A DNA stretch of 5,719 nucleotides, taken from an uncultured archaeon. Its GTDB lineage: Archaea; Iainarchaeota; Iainarchaeia; Iainarchaeales; 0-14-0-20-30-16. Below the pieces are notes generated by a model. It searched no databases. It was not told where the DNA came from and saw nothing but the letters and a program-made list of their open reading frames with translations. Both the position numbers and the translations under genes were made by a program. Below are positions 4,071 to 5,719 of the stretch, in pieces. How positions within the stretch are numbered: position 1 is the first letter of the stretch; every line of letters begins with the position of its first letter. The stretch covers positions 1-5,719 of the forward strand of contig CAZMCX010000054.1 in the NCBI GenBank assembly GCA_964565125.1, given 5' to 3'.

Positions 4071-5630
4071 CTACAATTTCTTAGAAACATAATCTCCATC
4101 TACCTTATAACCTAACTTGTAATAATACTGACGAGCGCCTATACCTGAAATAACTGAAAGCTTATTGTATTTCTCCTTAGCTATTTCTTCTGCCATATTT
4201 AACAGTGTTTTCCCAAAACCTTTGTGCTGGCCAAAAGCACTTTTATTTTCTTGACCAACGGGAGTCATATTACCATATACATGTAATTCTCTTATTATTG
4301 CGGAATCTTTTAAATTTTCTATAAAAGGCTTATATGGAAATCTAAGTCTTACAAAACCAAACAAAGTTTCTCTGTTTGGATCTTCTGCAGAAATAAAATA
4401 TTCTGTGCCTTTGCTTGCTTTATATTTTTCAATAAAATATTTTACATTTTGTGTTTTGGGTGGACCCTTTTTCCCGACTTCTCTAGCACGGATTTCTTTG
4501 ATTTTGTTAAGATCTAATTTCTTTAAAATTATATCCCTAAAATTGCTTTTTGTTGGCCCCGCCTCAATTTTTGTAGACGGAATATCTCTTTGGATACGCA
4601 TTAATCTTACCCAGTATGGAATTTCATAATATGTTTTTGAAAGATATTTTTCAAGTTGAGAATTTGTATATGGTTTATAGGCCCCTTTTTTCCAGAGGTC
4701 GTATAGTTTAGTGCCTTTTATTACAAGACAAGGATATATCTTTAACATATCCGGAGAAAATGGCTCTGAAAAAAGTTTTTTGAAATCTTTTACATCTTGT
4801 GAAAATTTGTTTTTATATAGGCCCGGCATTATATGATATAACACTTTAAAACCAGAATCTTTTAGATTTTGGGTTGCAGAAATTACATCTTTAACTGTGT
4901 GCTTTCTGTTGTTTATTTTTAAAACTTGGTCATTTAAACTTTGGACTCCAAGTTCTACTCTTGTTCCACCAAAATAAAGCATATTTTTTATCTGTTCTTT
5001 ATTTGCGGAATCTGGCCTTGTCTCAAATGTGACCCCTATTGGCCGATATTTATAAACTTCCATTTTTTTCTTTGCAATTTCAAATGTTTTTGATTTTTTT
5101 TCATCAAAAGAAACACCATCAAATACCCCTTTCATAAACTTTTTCTGAAACGAAAAATCATAAGATGGAAATGTTCCGCCCATAATTATTATTTCTAATT
5201 TGGATATATCGTGCCCAACATTTTTTAGTTGTTCTAGCCTATTTTTTGTTTGCTTATAAGAATCATAAGAATTTTGTTTTGCCCTCATTGCCGCAGGTTC
5301 ATACCCAGTGTAACTTTGTGGAAGATTTTCATCTACCCCCCCTGGACAAAAAATACAACGCCCATGTGGGCATTTTTTAGGCGGAGACATAACCGCTATT
5401 ACATTAACTCCTGCGTTGAGTCTAACATTTTTTATTTGCAATAAATGTTTAATTTTGTTTTGGTCTTTTTTATTACAATACCCTAAAGTTTCTGAGTTCA
5501 ATGGTAATTGCTTTAACATATGTTTTTTGCATAATTGCATTTTCACAGAATTAAGTTTTAACTGCGAAATAGCGGGATTAGATTTTAAAAAAGATATTAA
5601 TTCTAAAGAATATTTTTTTTTGTTATTCAT
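4071..5630 (-). CDS. elp3: Elp3-type radical SAM / GNAT acetyltransferase (tRNA U34 carboxymethyl-modification enzyme homologue)
   Basis: 519-aa ORF. Radical-SAM cluster motif CPHGRCIFCPGG (C87-x4-C92-x2-C95; nt 5346-5372). Central TIM-barrel-like region (IIIMGGTFPS, ETRPD, RVELGVQS). C-terminal GNAT domain with acetyl-CoA motif QHKGFGKTLL (Q468 codon 4227-4229) preceded by RELHVYG. ATG at 5630, stop TAG at 4071-4073. Confidence 0.93.
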   Translation of the reverse strand: MNNKKKYSLELISFLKSNPAISQLKLNSVKMQLCKKHMLKQLPLNSETLGYCNKKDQNKIKHLLQIKNVRLNAGVNVIAVMSPPKKCPHGRCIFCPGGVDENLPQSYTGYEPAAMRAKQNSYDSYKQTKNRLEQLKNVGHDISKLEIIIMGGTFPSYDFSFQKKFMKGVFDGVSFDEKKSKTFEIAKKKMEVYKYRPIGVTFETRPDSANKEQIKNMLYFGGTRVELGVQSLNDQVLKINNRKHTVKDVISATQNLKDSGFKVLYHIMPGLYKNKFSQDVKDFKKLFSEPFSPDMLKIYPCLVIKGTKLYDLWKKGAYKPYTNSQLEKYLSKTYYEIPYWVRLMRIQRDIPSTKIEAGPTKSNFRDIILKKLDLNKIKEIRAREVGKKGPPKTQNVKYFIEKYKASKGTEYFISAEDPNRETLFGFVRLRFPYKPFIENLKDSAIIRELHVYGNMTPVGQENKSAFGQHKGFGKTLLNMAEEIAKEKYNKLSVISGIGARQYYYKLGYKVDGDYVSKKL

Positions 5631-5651
5631 AAATAAATAAAAGTAGAAAAG

Positions 5652-5667
5652 TGATATATGCCTTTCG
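5652..5667 (-). promoter_or_regulatory. Candidate BRE/TATA promoter for a leaderless elp3 transcript
   Basis: Minus strand reads CGAAAGG-C-ATATATCA-N21-ATG. The TATA-like box (5659..5652) is centred about 26 nt upstream of the elp3 ATG. There is no GGTG-type SD in between, which is the geometry expected for an archaeal leaderless mRNA. Confidence 0.3.
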
Positions 5668-5683
5668 GGGTCAAATTACCCCG
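5666..5683. other. GC-rich hairpin CGGGGT-[CAAATT]-ACCCCG upstream of the elp3 promoter
   Basis: Read directly: a perfect 6-bp stem with a 6-nt loop, which stands out in AT-rich surroundings. Confidence 0.3.
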
Positions 5684-5692
5684 TTCAAATTG

Positions 5693-5709
5693 TATGGCCT
5701 AAAGCCATA
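5693..5709. other. Hairpin TATGGC-[CTAAA]-GCCATA near the window edge
   Basis: Read directly: a perfect 6-bp stem with a 5-nt loop. Its 5' arm plus two loop bases (ATGGCCT) is identical to positions 3563-3569 of hairpin copy B. Confidence 0.3.
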
Positions 5710-5719
5710 AGAACGCTAT

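Noticed and set aside
4405-4629. 74-aa plus-strand ORF antisense to elp3
   Set aside because: It is a shadow ORF within the well-supported elp3 CDS, and its hydrophobic low-complexity translation is typical of an antisense AT-rich frame.
5613-5621. 9-nt homopolymer (A9 on the coding strand) in codons 4-6 of elp3 as a potential phase-variation tract
   Set aside because: Lys-encoding A runs are expected in a genome this AT-rich, and nothing in the window indicates slippage or a frameshifted allele.
5250-5640. Two plus-strand ORFs (64 and 74 aa) antisense to the elp3 5' region
   Set aside because: Both lie inside or across the elp3 radical-SAM region on the opposite strand and have no supporting signals.
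5661-5719. Possible tRNA or split-tRNA fragment (minus-strand TATGG-CTTTAGG-CCATA could mimic an anticodon arm; GTTCAAAT resembles a T-loop)
   Set aside because: No cloverleaf can be assembled. The putative T-loop lacks a flanking complementary stem, the other hairpin has a 6-nt loop, positions 32 and 38 would pair, and the region is truncated by the window edge.
1-5719. Scan for CRISPR repeats, terminal inverted repeats with transposase, integrase/att sites, toxin-antitoxin pairs or known defence genes
   Set aside because: I found no regularly spaced direct repeats, no transposase- or integrase-like ORF, and no small two-gene cassettes. The only repeated sequences are the two hairpin elements and their possible fragments reported above.

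Overview
AT-rich window (about 30% GC by eye) with five well-supported protein-coding genes. I found no rRNA, tRNA, CRISPR array, transposase or recognisable defence gene. The plus strand carries a polytopic membrane protein of unknown function (6-737). The minus strand carries four co-directional, tightly packed genes. They are an Elp3-type radical-SAM/GNAT tRNA-modification enzyme (4071-5630), a small membrane-anchored PD-(D/E)XK nuclease of the Hjc-related COG4741/Endonuc_Holl type that abuts the elp3 stop codon (3654-4061, or 4070 at the longest), an Lrp/AsnC regulator (3065-3541), and a type IA DNA topoisomerase with two C-terminal zinc ribbons (865-2967). The gene content, GGTG Shine-Dalgarno motifs, TATA-like boxes and an apparently leaderless elp3 suggest a small-genome, low-GC archaeon (DPANN-like). 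This taxonomy cannot be proven from the window. The gene content is mostly housekeeping and I do not see a clear novel multi-gene system. The most unusual signal is non-coding. Two paralogous 55-58 nt extended hairpins (2981-3035 and 3562-3619) bracket lrp, and each ends 4-8 nt upstream of the ribosome-binding site of lrp or topA. They share conserved core motifs and an identical 2x2 internal loop, and their stem substitutions are compensatory. Secondary observations are short uORFs embedded in both hairpins, apparent translational coupling of the nuclease to elp3, GC-rich hairpins upstream of elp3, and a GC-rich inverted repeat framing the convergent intergenic region at 740-854.
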